Shown here piece by piece: positions 19,061-29,030 of a stretch of 64,000 nt of DNA (position 1 is the first letter of the stretch; each line of letters begins with the position of its first letter). Origin of the DNA: Chthoniobacterales bacterium. Lineage in GTDB: Bacteria; Verrucomicrobiota; Verrucomicrobiia; Chthoniobacterales; JACTMZ01. A model generated the notes under the pieces. That model did no database searches, was not told the origin of the DNA, and worked only from the letters and a program-made list of their open reading frames with translations. The stretch is taken from the NCBI GenBank assembly GCA_021463515.1, contig JAJTYZ010000014.1, positions 8,565 to 72,564 on the forward strand, given 5' to 3'. A program made the position numbers and the translations under genes.

Positions 19061-20520
19061 GGTTCCACCTCCGTGGATCTCGCGTGCCCAATGGCTAAAA
19101 GTTCAAGTGGTTTTTGAGGAAATGCTCCTAGCAATAACGCCACAAGCGCCAAAGCTAATACAATCACCTCACGCGGACGTGAAATGGTTGGGGCGGAATG
19201 GGAGCCTTGAGAAAATATAGGAGCCAAAGCACGAAACATGTAGCCACCTGCCAATAATCCGCCGGTAAAAATTACCACGGCCCACCACCACTGCTGTGCG
19301 GAAATCGAAGCCCAAAGGAGCAACCATTTCGTGGCAAAGCCTCCCGTGGGAGGAACGCCGACAAGCGATGATGCGGCGAGAATAAAAGCACAGGCTGTCA
19401 GAGGAAGCACCCGCCCCACCCCGCGTAAATCTACGAGGCGATCGCTTCCTGCCACTTCGACCATGAGCCCCGCCGCGAGAAACATGGCGGCTTTAGCACA
19501 CGCGTGTGACATCGCTTGAAACATGCCACCCGAGAGGGCTGTGCTTTGCTCGACGAGGGGAAAAATCAAAAACAAATACCCAATCTGCGCCACCGTGGAA
19601 TAGGCAATAAGCAATTTAAGTCGCTCCTGACGCAAGGCCACCACACCTCCGACGACGATGGCACCTGCACCCATCAAGCCTAAAACTTGCCCTGCCCGTG
19701 GGTTGAGAATTTCGGGCACGACATCAAACCACAACCGTACAATGAGGAAAAATGATCCCTTCACGACAAGTGCTGAAAGCAGCGCACTCGCCGCCGGTGG
19801 TGCTCCCGCATGAGCCAGAGGCAACCAAAGATGAAGCGGAAAAAGAGCCGTCTTGGCAGCAAGGCCAACGGACATGAACGCCACGGCAGCCCACAAGGCC
19901 GGTTCAGGGCGCACAACGCCGGAGAGTTTACCAATATCAAGTGTTCCGTAGGCACCATAAAGCAATGCAACGCCGAGCAGATAAAGGGCGGAGCCACTAA
20001 GTGCGAAAAGTAAATAGCGCATGGCCGCTTCCAATGTGGGCTTGCTACCGCTTAAGCAAACCAATGGCACCGCTGCAAAGGTCACAAGTTCTAGAGCGAC
20101 ATAGAGATTAAAAAAATCATTACCCAAAAAAATGGTATTCATGGCAGCGCACACACCCATGAACAAAATCCAAAAAGTAAAAGATTTTCGCGTTTCGTTT
20201 TCACCTTGTCGCACAAAAAAAGCTTTCGGGGCATAAATTCCCACCGCAAGACCTACGAGGGCGGTCGTAAGCAACATGGCCGCAGAAAGTCCGTCTGCTC
20301 GCAATTGTATTCCAAGCGGCGGTGCCCACCCACCTGAGACATAGGTCAGTGCGACTTTTGCCTGCCATATTGCCGCTGTAATTTTCACCGCGACCACGCC
20401 ATTCAAAATAAGAACACCAATCGCGACCTCACGCGCCCAATGGCCTCCACCGAGAACTATCAACACAATGCCTAAAACCGGAAGCATCAGTGCTAAAATG
20501 AAAAGCAACGAAATACTCAC
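19057..20520 (-). CDS. mrpD: Monovalent cation/H+ antiporter subunit D
   Basis: 487-aa NuoN/M-like membrane protein sitting within the Mrp operon. Confidence 0.85.
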   Translation of the reverse strand: MSISLLFILALMLPVLGIVLIVLGGGHWAREVAIGVLILNGVVAVKITAAIWQAKVALTYVSGGWAPPLGIQLRADGLSAAMLLTTALVGLAVGIYAPKAFFVRQGENETRKSFTFWILFMGVCAAMNTIFLGNDFFNLYVALELVTFAAVPLVCLSGSKPTLEAAMRYLLFALSGSALYLLGVALLYGAYGTLDIGKLSGVVRPEPALWAAVAFMSVGLAAKTALFPLHLWLPLAHAGAPPAASALLSALVVKGSFFLIVRLWFDVVPEILNPRAGQVLGLMGAGAIVVGGVVALRQERLKLLIAYSTVAQIGYLFLIFPLVEQSTALSGGMFQAMSHACAKAAMFLAAGLMVEVAGSDRLVDLRGVGRVLPLTACAFILAASSLVGVPPTGGFATKWLLLWASISAQQWWWAVVIFTGGLLAGGYMFRALAPIFSQGSHSAPTISRPREVIVLALALVALLLGAFPQKPLELLAIGHARSTEVEP

Positions 20521-20816
20521 CGCGTCTCCCCCTCATTGTCGGGTTCGACTTCATTAAGCCGTAGGGCAATGGCCACCCCCAACGCCGTCGCCGAAAAGGC
20601 TACCACAATACCCGTGATAACGAGTGCTTGTGGCACAGGATCCGCGCTGAGGTCAGCCGCTGCACCGCGCCGCGCAATGACTCCAAGGAGTAAAAAGATT
20701 CCACTGCCAAGGACATTGAAAGACAGAATTTTTCGTAAAGCGGAAGGATGTATAATCAGTCCGTAAAGCCCCAGCCCCACAAGAATCGCAGCACAAATTC
20801 CAAAAATGGTTGTCAT
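20517..20816 (-). CDS. mrpC: Monovalent cation/H+ antiporter subunit C (NuoK-like)
   Basis: 99 aa with three TM helices. Overlapping stop/start codons on both sides. Confidence 0.8.
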   Translation of the reverse strand: MTTIFGICAAILVGLGLYGLIIHPSALRKILSFNVLGSGIFLLLGVIARRGAAADLSADPVPQALVITGIVVAFSATALGVAIALRLNEVEPDNEGETR

Positions 20817-21745
20817 GATTTCCTCCCCGCCGGCCCAACAACCAACATGACGAGTGTAAAGGCAATGGAAAGAGTCATCGCAACTTCAATGACCACAATG
20901 ATGGGCTTTGCCATGTCGTGGGGATAAGCAAGGAAATCATCGGCCCAAACAAATCCAAGGAACCCTACCAAAAGAAACGCGACAATTCCGGCAACAAGCG
21001 CAAAGCGTAAACGGAAGTTTCCGATGCTGGGCGGACGCAACACGCCCGCAAAAAGAGCGAGCAGGCCCATGGCCGCAATCAACGCGCCACCCGCAAATGC
21101 TCCACCGGGTTTATCGGCTCCCACCCAGAATAAATTAATTCCGACGAGGGTCCCCACAGGAATAAGAACTTTAGCCAAAAAAATTAGCGGGCCATTTTTT
21201 TCTATAGGAAATGAAAAGTCAGGGCGCCCACCCCAAGAGCTATCTCGTCCGAGCGACCACACAGCGACCAAAGCCAACAACAACACCACCTTTTCGAGCA
21301 TCGTATCCAAAGCACGATAAGCCATCAGCACCGCTGTGACCGCATTGCCCATGCCTGTAGCCAACAATGATTCCCTCGCCGCCGGAGCCAACGTGGGAGC
21401 CGGTGAAGGTAGCGAAAGAACGACGACAATGAGCCCCGCCGAAACCGCAGCACATAGTCCTGCCGCAACCACACGTGTACTTACAGACGGTTGAGTGTCG
21501 CTTGCATATCCACGCCATCGAGCACACGCCCCTAAGAGCAACGCCCCCGTCACGCCTCCCCCCACAGCGGCTTCGGTAAGTGCGACATCCGGCGCGGAAA
21601 GAATCATCCATACCAACGCAAGCAAAAGTCCGAATGCCACAAAGCCAATGACGGATGCAAATTGCCGCCGACCAAGCACCGCGAATCCCGCCAATACAAC
21701 GATGAGTGCCGCTAGTGTTAAAAAAAGTATCGGTGCGGAATTCAT
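20813..21745 (-). CDS. mrpB: Mrp subunit B fused to an MrpA-C-terminal/DUF4040-like segment
   Basis: Polytopic protein of ~310 aa. The ATG at 21745 overlaps the mrpG stop (ATGA). Confidence 0.75.
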   Translation of the reverse strand: MNSAPILFLTLAALIVVLAGFAVLGRRQFASVIGFVAFGLLLALVWMILSAPDVALTEAAVGGGVTGALLLGACARWRGYASDTQPSVSTRVVAAGLCAAVSAGLIVVVLSLPSPAPTLAPAARESLLATGMGNAVTAVLMAYRALDTMLEKVVLLLALVAVWSLGRDSSWGGRPDFSFPIEKNGPLIFLAKVLIPVGTLVGINLFWVGADKPGGAFAGGALIAAMGLLALFAGVLRPPSIGNFRLRFALVAGIVAFLLVGFLGFVWADDFLAYPHDMAKPIIVVIEVAMTLSIAFTLVMLVVGPAGRKS

Positions 21746-22035
21746 GAATTTTTCTCCTCGTGAACTTTCCGTCCCACAATCTGCGAGGCAGCCGATCCCG
21801 TCAGCAAAACCAAAACCCACACCAATCCCAGCTTCAAAGCCCCAAACGGCCAGTCAATTTGCGGAAGCAATCCGAGAATAATGAGACCGAGGCCAAGGTT
21901 GTCCGCCTTCGTAAGCGCATGCAATCGTGAGAGAGTGTCCGGAAAACGCAGCAATCCTGCGGTTCCTGCAAGAAAAAAAAGCGCACCGAAGGAAATCATG
22001 ACGATAGTAAAAATGTTAAACAACCACGTCATCAT
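21742..22035 (-). CDS. mrpG: Monovalent cation/H+ antiporter subunit G
   Basis: 97 aa. GTAGLLRFPDTLSRLHALTKADNLG is typical of MnhG/PhaG. Confidence 0.75.
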   Translation of the reverse strand: MMTWLFNIFTIVMISFGALFFLAGTAGLLRFPDTLSRLHALTKADNLGLGLIILGLLPQIDWPFGALKLGLVWVLVLLTGSAASQIVGRKVHEEKNS

Positions 22036-22304
22036 AAGTCCTCCTCCTGCTTACGCCGAAGACCTCCACTACGTGTTAAAGCCACAGCGGCGAAAGCCGC
22101 TAAAAGTGCAAACGTGAGAGCGACATCCAAGGCTGCGGTAATCCCACTACCCGTGGCCAACAACATTACCGCGATACCACCTGAGCCGAGCAGTTGAGCG
22201 GCCATCATTCGATCCACATCACGCGGCCCCAGTAAAAGACGCACCAAACCAACAGCCACCGTCAAAAAAACAATGCCGGTGGCAACATAGTAAAACTCAC
22301 GCAT
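22032..22304 (-). CDS. mrpF: Monovalent cation/H+ antiporter subunit F
   Basis: 90 aa with three TM helices. LLLGPRDVDRMMA is typical of MnhF. Confidence 0.7.
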   Translation of the reverse strand: MREFYYVATGIVFLTVAVGLVRLLLGPRDVDRMMAAQLLGSGGIAVMLLATGSGITAALDVALTFALLAAFAAVALTRSGGLRRKQEEDL

Positions 22305-22764
22305 GGGAAGCCTCTCCCCTCATGCGTTGCAGAAGCTTTTCCTGCTGTTTCATGAGTGTCGCTACAGGCTGCCGTGTGTCCAAACAATGCAACACCACCG
22401 ATTGGTTCTCCTTGTTTTCAACCGGAAGTGACCCCGGTAATAAACTGCACATCGCCAAATGCACATCCCGTTGAACACCCTTCGGAATGTCACATTCTAC
22501 CTCCACAAAACCCGGGCAAAGAGGAAGGCGTGGATGCAGTGCCCGCCATGCAACATCCACACCGGCGACAATTGAATGACGCAGGAAAAACCAAAGTAAG
22601 GACAAGGCAGGGATGATGCAAAAGCGAGAGGGAACGGGCGGGTAAAGCCGTACACTCAACCATGATGTTAAACCCGCCGCAGGAATCCCAATAATCAATC
22701 CTACAAACTTCGCACCATCTAAAATGAGCCAAAGGGCCAAGAAAAAGAAGAAGCGAAAAACCAC
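22297..22764 (-). CDS. mrpE: Monovalent cation/H+ antiporter subunit E
   Basis: 155 aa and first gene of the operon. N-terminal TM pair plus a soluble C-terminus, as in MnhE. Confidence 0.7.
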   Translation of the reverse strand: MVFRFFFFLALWLILDGAKFVGLIIGIPAAGLTSWLSVRLYPPVPSRFCIIPALSLLWFFLRHSIVAGVDVAWRALHPRLPLCPGFVEVECDIPKGVQRDVHLAMCSLLPGSLPVENKENQSVVLHCLDTRQPVATLMKQQEKLLQRMRGEASHA

Positions 22765-23095
22765 ATGCAGATTTGTAGGTCACGTCGTCGTGGCGTCAAC
22801 TCCGAAGGCGGCATGGCCCGCAGTGTCCACTCATCCGATGGTTCAACCACGCCACCCCGTCCACAATTTGTGCATAAGTAAAATGGTGGCAATCGCAGCG
22901 GAAGTTGAAAGAACGAAAAAAAGAACGTCTATAAATGTGTTCATGCGCCCAGCAGAACACAAGGGGTAGGACATTGATTGGGATAAGCATAAAAATTTGT
23001 CGCAATTCCAACATTCGACATCCGACTTAGGAGTCATGGATTTCCTTTTTGACCTTTAACCCCTTGGAGAGTCGGGCCAATGTCTTGGCAATTTC

Positions 23096-24826
23096 ATGGA
23101 GCTCACGGCAGATCGAAAATTAGCGGGCATTTTAGTTCCACTCTTTGCATTACGTACGGAGCGCGATTTAGGAATTGGAGACACCGAGTCACTCAAAGAA
23201 TTGGTGGATTGGTGTGCATCTCGCGGTTTAGGACTCATTCAAGTTCTCCCCATCAATGAAACCGCCGGTGACAACAGCCCCTACAACATTCTTAGTTCGA
23301 TCGCGCTAGAACCCACAACCGTTGCCACCAATCCCAGGGCTTTGCGTGATTTATCGGCAAAAGATTTCAAAAAAATTTGCGCCCACCATGATGTTCCCGC
23401 ACTGCGCACCTCGTCGGTCAACTATCATGGTGTGCGGATGCTGAAACATGAGCTTCTCGAAGCGGCATGGCAAAATTTTTGCACCGTACAAATTCCCAAA
23501 AAAACGAAACGCGCGAAAAATTTTTTAACATGGAAAAAGTCCAACGAATCTTGGCTCGAACCCTACACCCTTTTTCGTGCGCTGTTACGACTTCACAACG
23601 AAAACGGGGATGTTGCGCTTTGGCCAAAACAACAACGAACTTTTTCCTCCGCGCAACAATGGCTGATATCCGTATCGCCTTACTTAGGGAGTCAAGTGCG
23701 GGCGTTACAGGATTTCTTTTCATACGTTCAGTGGATTGCTTTCAACCAATGGAGTGATCTCAAATCCTATGCGGAACAACGAGGCGTCGCGCTTGTAGGG
23801 GATGTGCCGGTAGGCGTGAGTATTCAGAGTGCCGATGTGTTTGCGGAGCCGGAAATTTTTGACCTCACGCGTTCCGCTGGCGCACCGCCGGAGAAAGTTT
23901 TTGCTGCGGACCCTTTCACAGCAAAGTGGGGGCAAAATTGGGGATTCCCGCTCTATGATTGGTCTGCCATGGAAAAAAATAATTACGCATGGTGGCGACG
24001 CCGCCTGCGCGTTGCGCAAGAAATTTTTCACTTTTTGCGAGTGGATCATGCGCTGGGTTTTTTTCGTATTTACAGTTTCCCGTGGCGTCCCGAACGCAAT
24101 GCAGAGTTTCTTCCCTTGAGCGAAGAGGAGGCAAAAAATCGAACGGGAGGAAAACTTCCACAGTTTATTCCTTGTGATGATTCAAACCCCGATAACCAAG
24201 AGGTGAATCGTCTACAAGGCCATCGCTTATTCCGTATGATTGCCGAAGAATTAGGAAATCATCACATCCTCGCCGAAGACCTTGGAGAACTTTCACCCTA
24301 CGTACGCCCGACGCTCCAAGCACTCGAAATCCCGGGATACAAAATCCCCCAATGGGAAATTGCGTCCGATGGTTGGCCCATTCCCGGGCGTGACTATCCA
24401 CGACTTTCGTTAGCGACTTATGCCACGCATGATCATCCTCCGCTTCATGCGTTGTGGGATGAATGGTTTACAGACACGCAATCCGAAGATGGTGATAAAG
24501 CACAAAAAGCCCTGCGTCATATGCAGGAAATCACCCGCTTTGCGGAAATGAACGTGGCCCTACCTGCACCATGGAGTGACGAAATTCACGAAGGATTACT
24601 GCGTGGGCTCTTTGCGTGCAATTCCTGGTTGGCGATCAATATGTTCACCGATTTGTTTGGAACATCCGAGCGATTCAATGTCCCAGGCTCCGCAAGCACT
24701 CAAAATTGGACCGCACGTTTTCCCATCCCCATCCACGAGTGGAACGCGAGATGGCCGCAAAAATTAGAACACATCGCCACCATGATGAACGAGACGGGCC
24801 GTTACCGACAAAGCACGAAGAGTTAG
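23096..24826 (+). CDS. malQ: 4-alpha-glucanotransferase (GH77 amylomaltase)
   Basis: GILVPLFALRTERDLGIGD, LIQVLPINE, HFLRVDHALGFFR and LAEDLG are typical GH77 motifs. Confidence 0.9.
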   Translation: MELTADRKLAGILVPLFALRTERDLGIGDTESLKELVDWCASRGLGLIQVLPINETAGDNSPYNILSSIALEPTTVATNPRALRDLSAKDFKKICAHHDVPALRTSSVNYHGVRMLKHELLEAAWQNFCTVQIPKKTKRAKNFLTWKKSNESWLEPYTLFRALLRLHNENGDVALWPKQQRTFSSAQQWLISVSPYLGSQVRALQDFFSYVQWIAFNQWSDLKSYAEQRGVALVGDVPVGVSIQSADVFAEPEIFDLTRSAGAPPEKVFAADPFTAKWGQNWGFPLYDWSAMEKNNYAWWRRRLRVAQEIFHFLRVDHALGFFRIYSFPWRPERNAEFLPLSEEEAKNRTGGKLPQFIPCDDSNPDNQEVNRLQGHRLFRMIAEELGNHHILAEDLGELSPYVRPTLQALEIPGYKIPQWEIASDGWPIPGRDYPRLSLATYATHDHPPLHALWDEWFTDTQSEDGDKAQKALRHMQEITRFAEMNVALPAPWSDEIHEGLLRGLFACNSWLAINMFTDLFGTSERFNVPGSASTQNWTARFPIPIHEWNARWPQKLEHIATMMNETGRYRQSTKS

Positions 24827-24854
24827 GTGGGGAAGTATTCCACAACACCCATTG

Positions 24855-26417
24855 TTAATCGTCCGTGGATGTCGCTAAGAGGCGATTCTGTGTGGGGTGG
24901 TCGAGTGCCTTGCAGCTTCGATAACCTGCGCCACGTGACGGGAGAGAGGAGAGAAATTCCAAGCGACGGGCGTCATTTGTAAAATCTAGCCCCATAAGGG
25001 CACGGCCAATGCGTTCGCCGGATTGACGATAGTTAAAATAAACAATGTCAGCACGCCCTCGTACAGCCTCGTTCAAAAAATCCTTCAGTGCCCCGGAGCG
25101 CTCGTAAAAGTCCAAGCGTAAAAAAAGCGGTACCGTCAGCAAATCACCGCGCAAAGAAATAGCGCGAAAATCGGTATCCACATCGCCTGCGGCATCTTCC
25201 CATTCGTAACCTTCTGCCGTCAGATGCTGCGGAAGATTCTCGATTGCCGCTGCGTTCTCACTCCCAAGGGTAAATACGGGCCAAGCAAACTGCGCATCGG
25301 TTTTGCCGTATTGAAAATCCGCAATGTTCAAATCCTCAAAGCACCCATTCAACAATCCCAACATCGAACCCATTTTTTCCGAAATACGCACACGAATCGT
25401 TCGCGAGTGACCACCGGTAGCACCTTGACTTTGTGCAATAAGGCCGAGTTGCGAAAAATCCAAATTGGCACCTGTAATCACAATCAACACCCGCTTCCCG
25501 GCCAGTGCCAAGCGCTCCCGCATCACCGCAGCCAAGCCCATCGCGCCCGAAGGCTCGGAAATACAGCGCAGTTGCTCCCACAGAATACGCATGGCCATGC
25601 TCACCTCGGCATTGGTTACCAGTTCCATGCGCGAGAGGGTCTGACGACAAATTTTCCATGGTAATGACCCAACTTTACCCACCGCGGTACCATCGCAAAA
25701 AATATCCACCTTCTCCAATCTCACAGGCCCTTTCGCATCGAACGCCGCCTTCATAGACGCTTGCCCGACGGCTTCCACGCCAATTTGGGTCATGTGAGGC
25801 CAATAAGTTTTCAACCAATTCGACACACCTGCTGCCATGCCGCCACCGCCAATTTGCAAATACGCTGCATCAAAGGGGCCACGTCCCGAAAGCACCACTT
25901 CATCCGCAAGAGTCCCCTGCCCTGCCATGACAAATAGATCATCGTAAGCATCCACGTGAACCGCCCCTCGCGCTTTCCCATCCTCTCGTGCGGAAGCGAC
26001 GGCTTCATCATAGCTATCGCCCGCAAACACCAGCTCCACGAATTCTCCTCCAATCCTTCGCACCGCATCGCGTTTCACGCGAGGTGTGGATTTTGGCATG
26101 TGAATGCGTGCTTTAATTTCCAAACGCCGTGCGGCTAATGCAACACCTTGAGCATGATTTCCCGCCGATGCCGTGGCAACACCGCGCATTCGTTCTTCTG
26201 CTGTCAGCAGGGCCATGCGATTGCCCGCACCCCGCCATTTGTAGCACTTCACAGCGGAAAGGTCTTCGCGCTTTACCCAAATCTCCGGCCCCGGCTCTTC
26301 CCCGGGCAACTCCAAACGCTCCAACGGTGTGGGTTGGCCAAAATGATAAATTCGTTCTCGGGCAAAAAGCGTCTCACGACGTAGGCGACGCTCCAATGTG
26401 AAAGGTTCGTTCGACAT
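24855..26417 (-). CDS. ilvA: Threonine ammonia-lyase, biosynthetic long form
   Basis: PLP-fold N-terminal domain ([33 protein letters not shown]) plus two C-terminal regulatory repeats. Confidence 0.9.
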   Translation of the reverse strand: MSNEPFTLERRLRRETLFARERIYHFGQPTPLERLELPGEEPGPEIWVKREDLSAVKCYKWRGAGNRMALLTAEERMRGVATASAGNHAQGVALAARRLEIKARIHMPKSTPRVKRDAVRRIGGEFVELVFAGDSYDEAVASAREDGKARGAVHVDAYDDLFVMAGQGTLADEVVLSGRGPFDAAYLQIGGGGMAAGVSNWLKTYWPHMTQIGVEAVGQASMKAAFDAKGPVRLEKVDIFCDGTAVGKVGSLPWKICRQTLSRMELVTNAEVSMAMRILWEQLRCISEPSGAMGLAAVMRERLALAGKRVLIVITGANLDFSQLGLIAQSQGATGGHSRTIRVRISEKMGSMLGLLNGCFEDLNIADFQYGKTDAQFAWPVFTLGSENAAAIENLPQHLTAEGYEWEDAAGDVDTDFRAISLRGDLLTVPLFLRLDFYERSGALKDFLNEAVRGRADIVYFNYRQSGERIGRALMGLDFTNDARRLEFLSSLPSRGAGYRSCKALDHPTQNRLLATSTDD

Positions 26418-26433
26418 GATTCCGGTGAAGCTC

Positions 26434-27183
26434 TTACGCCGCCGGATACTCCTCGCAAAGAGCTTTCATTTCGGACACCGCAGCCACAAGTCCAACGCGC
26501 AACGCTCGGGAAATAATGGCATGGCCAATATTAAGCTCCACGAGATGAGGCACCGCAAAAAGTTCTCGGGTGTTGGAGTAATTCAGTCCATGCCCAGCGT
26601 TGATGCGCAGCCCCAACTGATGCGCGATTCTTGCTCCCTCCACAAGACGCTGAAGCTCCGCACGACGCGTCTCTCCGGTCGCCCCAGCAAACGTGCCGGT
26701 GTGAAGCTCAATGAATTCTGCGGACAGTTCCGCCGCAGTACGAATTTGTTCCGGATCGGGGTCAATGAAAAGGCTGACAATAATTCCCGCATCGTGAAGT
26801 TGCCCGATGGTAGATTCGAGGGCGACACGATGTGTCACACAATCGAGCCCACCTTCCGTCGTGATTTCGTTGCGATTTTCCGGGACAAGGCACACGTCAT
26901 GCGGAATCAGCTGCAAGGCAATCTCTACAATTTCGGGCGCATTACCCATTTCGAAATTCAGCTTAGTTGTCAGCCGTTCTTTAAGCTGAAAAACATCGTG
27001 GTCTTGAATATGGCGACGGTCTTCGCGGAGGTGTGCTGTGATACCATCCGCCCCCGCTCGTTCCGCTTCTAAAGCAGCTTCCACGGGGCCCGGCTCTACA
27101 AGGATACTCTGCGGATCACGGGCATAACGCCCCTGACGCAGGGTTGCAATGTGATCAATGTTGAGGCCGAGGCGAAGTGACAT
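26434..27183 (-). CDS. pdxJ: Pyridoxine 5-prime-phosphate synthase
   Basis: LGLNIDHIATLRQGR, ITAHLREDRRHI and EFIELHTG are PdxJ hallmarks. Confidence 0.92.
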   Translation of the reverse strand: MSLRLGLNIDHIATLRQGRYARDPQSILVEPGPVEAALEAERAGADGITAHLREDRRHIQDHDVFQLKERLTTKLNFEMGNAPEIVEIALQLIPHDVCLVPENRNEITTEGGLDCVTHRVALESTIGQLHDAGIIVSLFIDPDPEQIRTAAELSAEFIELHTGTFAGATGETRRAELQRLVEGARIAHQLGLRINAGHGLNYSNTRELFAVPHLVELNIGHAIISRALRVGLVAAVSEMKALCEEYPAA

Positions 27184-27185
27184 GA

Positions 27186-27641
27186 CTAAGGCTTACCGCC
27201 ATAGCTGGCGTAGTCATCCAAATCAAGGAGATCAAACCACGTGCCAATATCACCGCGTGCGGGAGCTATTGTTTTGTGAACTTCTTGAAAAAATTCACGG
27301 CTTTCCGGCAGAGAAGGTACACGATTTTCCACGTAGTGAGACCATGCCGCAATTTCATGAGGAAGGCGTTTGTGCGTGGCATTTGCTTCCACCCATGCCA
27401 GCAATTCTCCATCGCCAAGTCCGGCCTCAATTTGCATTTTGAAATCCGCAGGTGACACGCCGACAAACTCGAAAAATTGCTGATCGGTCGGACAATCGTA
27501 ATTGTATTCCCCCTGCGTGCCCTTAACAGTTGCGCGGCCTTTATCAATGGCACGCGGAAGAATGGCATAACCTCCAAGGCGCACACGAGGACTGCGAGGA
27601 GGACGACGAGTTAAATCAGAAGGCGGTATTATTTCGCTCAT
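27186..27641 (-). CDS. DUF5069 domain protein
   Basis: RSPRVRLGGYAILPRAIDKGRA...GEYNYDCPTDQQFFEF matches my recollection of the DUF5069 signature. Packed 2 nt upstream of pdxJ. Confidence 0.6.
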   Translation of the reverse strand: MSEIIPPSDLTRRPPRSPRVRLGGYAILPRAIDKGRATVKGTQGEYNYDCPTDQQFFEFVGVSPADFKMQIEAGLGDGELLAWVEANATHKRLPHEIAAWSHYVENRVPSLPESREFFQEVHKTIAPARGDIGTWFDLLDLDDYASYGGKP

Positions 27642-27702
27642 AGTGCGATGTTATTCCGCTTATCCAAGGCGGTCAAGAACGCGACCGAAGGTGATTGCAC
27701 CC

Positions 27703-28926
27703 TCAACGACGACGTTTGACACCGAAAGAATAGCCACCACGGTGACGGCCACCTCCGGCGGCACGAGCTTTAACGTGAGATGCCTGCGGATCGAGGAGAG
27801 TCGTGTATTTGTATTTGAATCCCACGAGCTTTTTTTGAGGAATTTTCATGCCGATGAAACGCTCGATGGATTGAATCATCGCCATGTCCTCCGCAGTCAC
27901 CAAGGTGTAAGCATCGCCAATGGCTCGAGCACGCCCCGTTCGTCCAATGCGATGAACATAGTCTTCGGGATGCCCAGGAATATCGTAATTGATAACGTGC
28001 GACACGCCGGCAATGTCCAACCCACGTGCCGCAATATCCGTCGCCACCAAAACTTCGTAGCGTCCATTTTTGAATCCTTCCAGTGCTTCCTCACGCTCGC
28101 GCTGCGTGCGATTGGAATGGAGGGCAACCACGGCGTGATTTTCTTTTTTGAGTCGCCGCGCAATACGATCGGCACCGTCTTTTGTTCTGCAAAAAACTAA
28201 CACGCAATCGAAATTGGTGGCTGTCAGCAACGAAGAAAGAAGCTCGTATTTTTGATCCATCGCGACCGGATAAAAGGCATGCGTCACGGTCTCTGCCGGG
28301 GACATGCGGATGCCGATTTCGATTTTCTCGGGATTGACGACGGCAAATTGTGCCAGCGATTCAATTTCCGAAGGCATTGTAGCGGAGAAAAAAAGCGTCT
28401 GACGTTTTTTAGGGAGTTTACGAATTATTTTCCGCACTTGGGGTAGAAAGCCCATGTCGAGCATTCGATCTACCTCATCCAGAACCACCATTTGGATGTT
28501 ATCGAGAGGGATTTCATCCTGCTCCATAAAATCGAGCAAGCGCCCGGGCGTTGCCACGATCACATCGCAGCCACGCTGCAAGTTTTCACGCTGACGCCCA
28601 TAGCCCACACCTCCATAAAGCAACGCAACGGTGAGGTCGGTGAACCGCCCGTAATCGCGAAAGGCCGTTTCTACCTGCATGGCCAATTCACGTGTTGGCT
28701 CTAGTACCAAACAGCGCGGTTTTGCTTGATGCGTTTCGAGTTTGCTAAGAACCGGACATGCAAACGCGGCAGTTTTTCCCGTGCCCGTTTGAGCAGAACC
28801 CATCAAATCACGCCCTTGCAAGACGACAGGAATCGCCCGCAATTGAATCGGTGTCGGGTCCACAAAGCCCATAGAATGAACTCCGTGAACAACCGCCTCA
28901 GACAAACCTAACTCATCAAAACCCAT
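27703..28926 (-). CDS. DEAD-box ATP-dependent RNA helicase (RhlE-like) with an RG-rich tail
   Basis: Q-motif region, AQTGTGKT, LDEVD, SAT and HRIGRTGRA. Confidence 0.9.
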   Translation of the reverse strand: MGFDELGLSEAVVHGVHSMGFVDPTPIQLRAIPVVLQGRDLMGSAQTGTGKTAAFACPVLSKLETHQAKPRCLVLEPTRELAMQVETAFRDYGRFTDLTVALLYGGVGYGRQRENLQRGCDVIVATPGRLLDFMEQDEIPLDNIQMVVLDEVDRMLDMGFLPQVRKIIRKLPKKRQTLFFSATMPSEIESLAQFAVVNPEKIEIGIRMSPAETVTHAFYPVAMDQKYELLSSLLTATNFDCVLVFCRTKDGADRIARRLKKENHAVVALHSNRTQREREEALEGFKNGRYEVLVATDIAARGLDIAGVSHVINYDIPGHPEDYVHRIGRTGRARAIGDAYTLVTAEDMAMIQSIERFIGMKIPQKKLVGFKYKYTTLLDPQASHVKARAAGGGRHRGGYSFGVKRRR

Positions 28927-29030
28927 AAAAATTCGTCAACGCCGCCCTGACCATTTTGAGGCAAAGCATCGCACATGGGTTGCTTTATGAGGCAACACGA
29001 ACATGGGAGCAAGGAGCAATCCTACAAACT

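Noticed and set aside
22796-23037. Small ORFs upstream of mrpE, including a possible 33-aa single-TM peptide starting at 22944
   Set aside because: Two overlapping frames give equally unconvincing products. There is no ribosome-binding signal and no family recognition. Support is insufficient to call a gene.
26398-27072. 224-aa ORF on the + strand
   Set aside because: It is antisense to pdxJ, which carries unmistakable family motifs. This is a shadow ORF.
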